DNA of 64,000 bases from Deltaproteobacteria bacterium (GTDB lineage Bacteria > Myxococcota_A > UBA9160 > SMWR01), in NCBI GenBank assembly GCA_032128115.1, contig JAQBHB010000040.1, positions 96,001 to 160,000 on the forward strand, given 5' to 3'. Position numbers and translations under genes: made by a program. The notes under the pieces were generated by a model. The model had not been told where the DNA came from, did no database searches, and worked only from the letters and a program-made list of their open reading frames with translations. Numbering within the stretch: the first letter of the stretch is position 1; each line of letters starts with the position of its first letter. This document shows, in pieces, positions 63,037-64,000 of this stretch.

Positions 63037-64000
63037 ATGCACGAGCCCGATGGACTGGATGACCTGAAGCGGAGGCTCGCCTACCTGGACCTGGGCGAGG
63101 CCGACCGCGAGCTGTTGGCCGAGCTGGCGCCCGTGCTCGAGAAGCACGCGGACGTCTTCGTGGCCGCCTTCTACCGGCACCTGCTGTCTTTCGAGTCCAC
63201 CCGCGCCCTGTTGCGCGATCCGGTCGTGAAGCAGCGGCTGCTGGCCAAGCAGCGCGGCTACCTGCTGAGCCTGGCCCGGCCCGAATTCGACGAAGCCTAT
63301 CTCGCCGACCGACGGCGCATCGGCGAGACCCACGAACGGGTGGGGCTCGAGCCGAGCTGGTACCTGGGGGCCTATTCCCTGTATTTCTCGCTTCTGTCTT
63401 CCATCCTCGCTGACACCTGCGTCGACGATCCGGAGCGCGGGTTCCGGACCCTGGTGGCCTTGCAGAAGCTGCTCACGCTCGACTCGGAACTCGCCATGGA
63501 GGCGTACATCGTTGCCCGCGAACGCGAGCTCGAGTACCTGACCCGGGAATTGGCCCGGGCGGGACAGCGCCTGGGGCGCGATTTCGCGGAGCAGGGCGTC
63601 GAGTTGCGTCAGACCCAGGAGCGCGCGCGGGTCGCCGAAGAACTGGCGTCGATCGCCACCCTGGTGGCGGGCCTGGCTCACGAGATCGGCACGCCCATGG
63701 GCGTGATCCAGGGCCACGCCAAGATGCTCGAGTCGAACGTCTCGGGCGACGATGCCCGCTGGCGACTCAAGACGATCCAGGAACAGATCGGGCGCATTTC
63801 GAGAATCATCCAGACGCTGCTCAACATGGCGCGTCCGGGGAAGTCGCGGCGGGTGCCAGTGGCGCTCGAGGGCCTGTTGGAATCGACCCTCTCGTTCCTC
63901 TCCGAAAAGCTCGGGCGTCGGAAGATCCAGGTGGAGCGCGCCTACCAACCGGTCGTCAGTGTGGTTGGTGACCCGGAACGGTTACAGCAGCTGTTGCTGA
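63037..64000 (+). CDS. Globin-coupled sensor histidine kinase (3' end outside the window)
   Basis: Not in the ORF track. Manual translation: FVAAFYRHL (B10 Tyr), RIGETHERVGL (proximal His), YLGAY, then the H-box LAHEIGTPMG and GDPERLQQLLL. Confidence 0.9.
   Translation, partial: MHEPDGLDDLKRRLAYLDLGEADRELLAELAPVLEKHADVFVAAFYRHLLSFESTRALLRDPVVKQRLLAKQRGYLLSLARPEFDEAYLADRRRIGETHERVGLEPSWYLGAYSLYFSLLSSILADTCVDDPERGFRTLVALQKLLTLDSELAMEAYIVARERELEYLTRELARAGQRLGRDFAEQGVELRQTQERARVAEELASIATLVAGLAHEIGTPMGVIQGHAKMLESNVSGDDARWRLKTIQEQIGRISRIIQTLLNMARPGKSRRVPVALEGLLESTLSFLSEKLGRRKIQVERAYQPVVSVVGDPERLQQLLL

Noticed and set aside
1..64000. Mobile elements, CRISPR arrays, rRNA/tRNA genes and intrinsic terminators
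   Set aside because: No transposase or integrase ORFs, spacer arrays, structural RNA signatures or convincing hairpin + U-tract seen by eye; a covariance-model scan would be needed to exclude small ncRNAs.

Overview
Very GC-rich bacterial chromosome segment with about 60 tightly packed genes. Myxococcota/Deltaproteobacteria is an inference from gene content only: receiver-PilZ, an FHA + Ser/Thr kinase pair, a MYXO-CTERM-like tail and an Anaeromyxobacter-type globin-coupled kinase. I found no rRNA, tRNA, CRISPR array, transposase or prophage. The first 47 kb is mostly lipid/acyl-CoA metabolism (SDRs, crotonases, amidohydrolases, SGNH and alpha/beta hydrolases), transport (EamA, MATE, MMPL/RND + LolA-like + outer-membrane barrel), signalling and DNA repair (Ada-AlkA). 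The most striking part is 50.7-64 kb. Six near-consensus sigma54 -24/-12 promoters drive a cytochrome c/TPR protein, two universal stress proteins, three CBS proteins and an uncharacterised operon (two paralogous ferritin-like diiron proteins + CxxC-x17-CxxC metal-binding protein + hemerythrin + USP). They share a palindromic YGGGG-N7-CCCCG upstream element at near-constant spacing, and a globin-coupled histidine kinase sits at the right edge. I read this as a probable O2-responsive sigma54 regulon. Other notable points: GlnE is cleanly split into two genes; an alpha/beta hydrolase is fused to a c-type cytochrome; tandem operators overlap a TetR start; three genes are decaying by internal deletion; and about a dozen short tandem duplications sit mostly at gene ends. 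All calls come from reading motifs by eye; no database searches were run.
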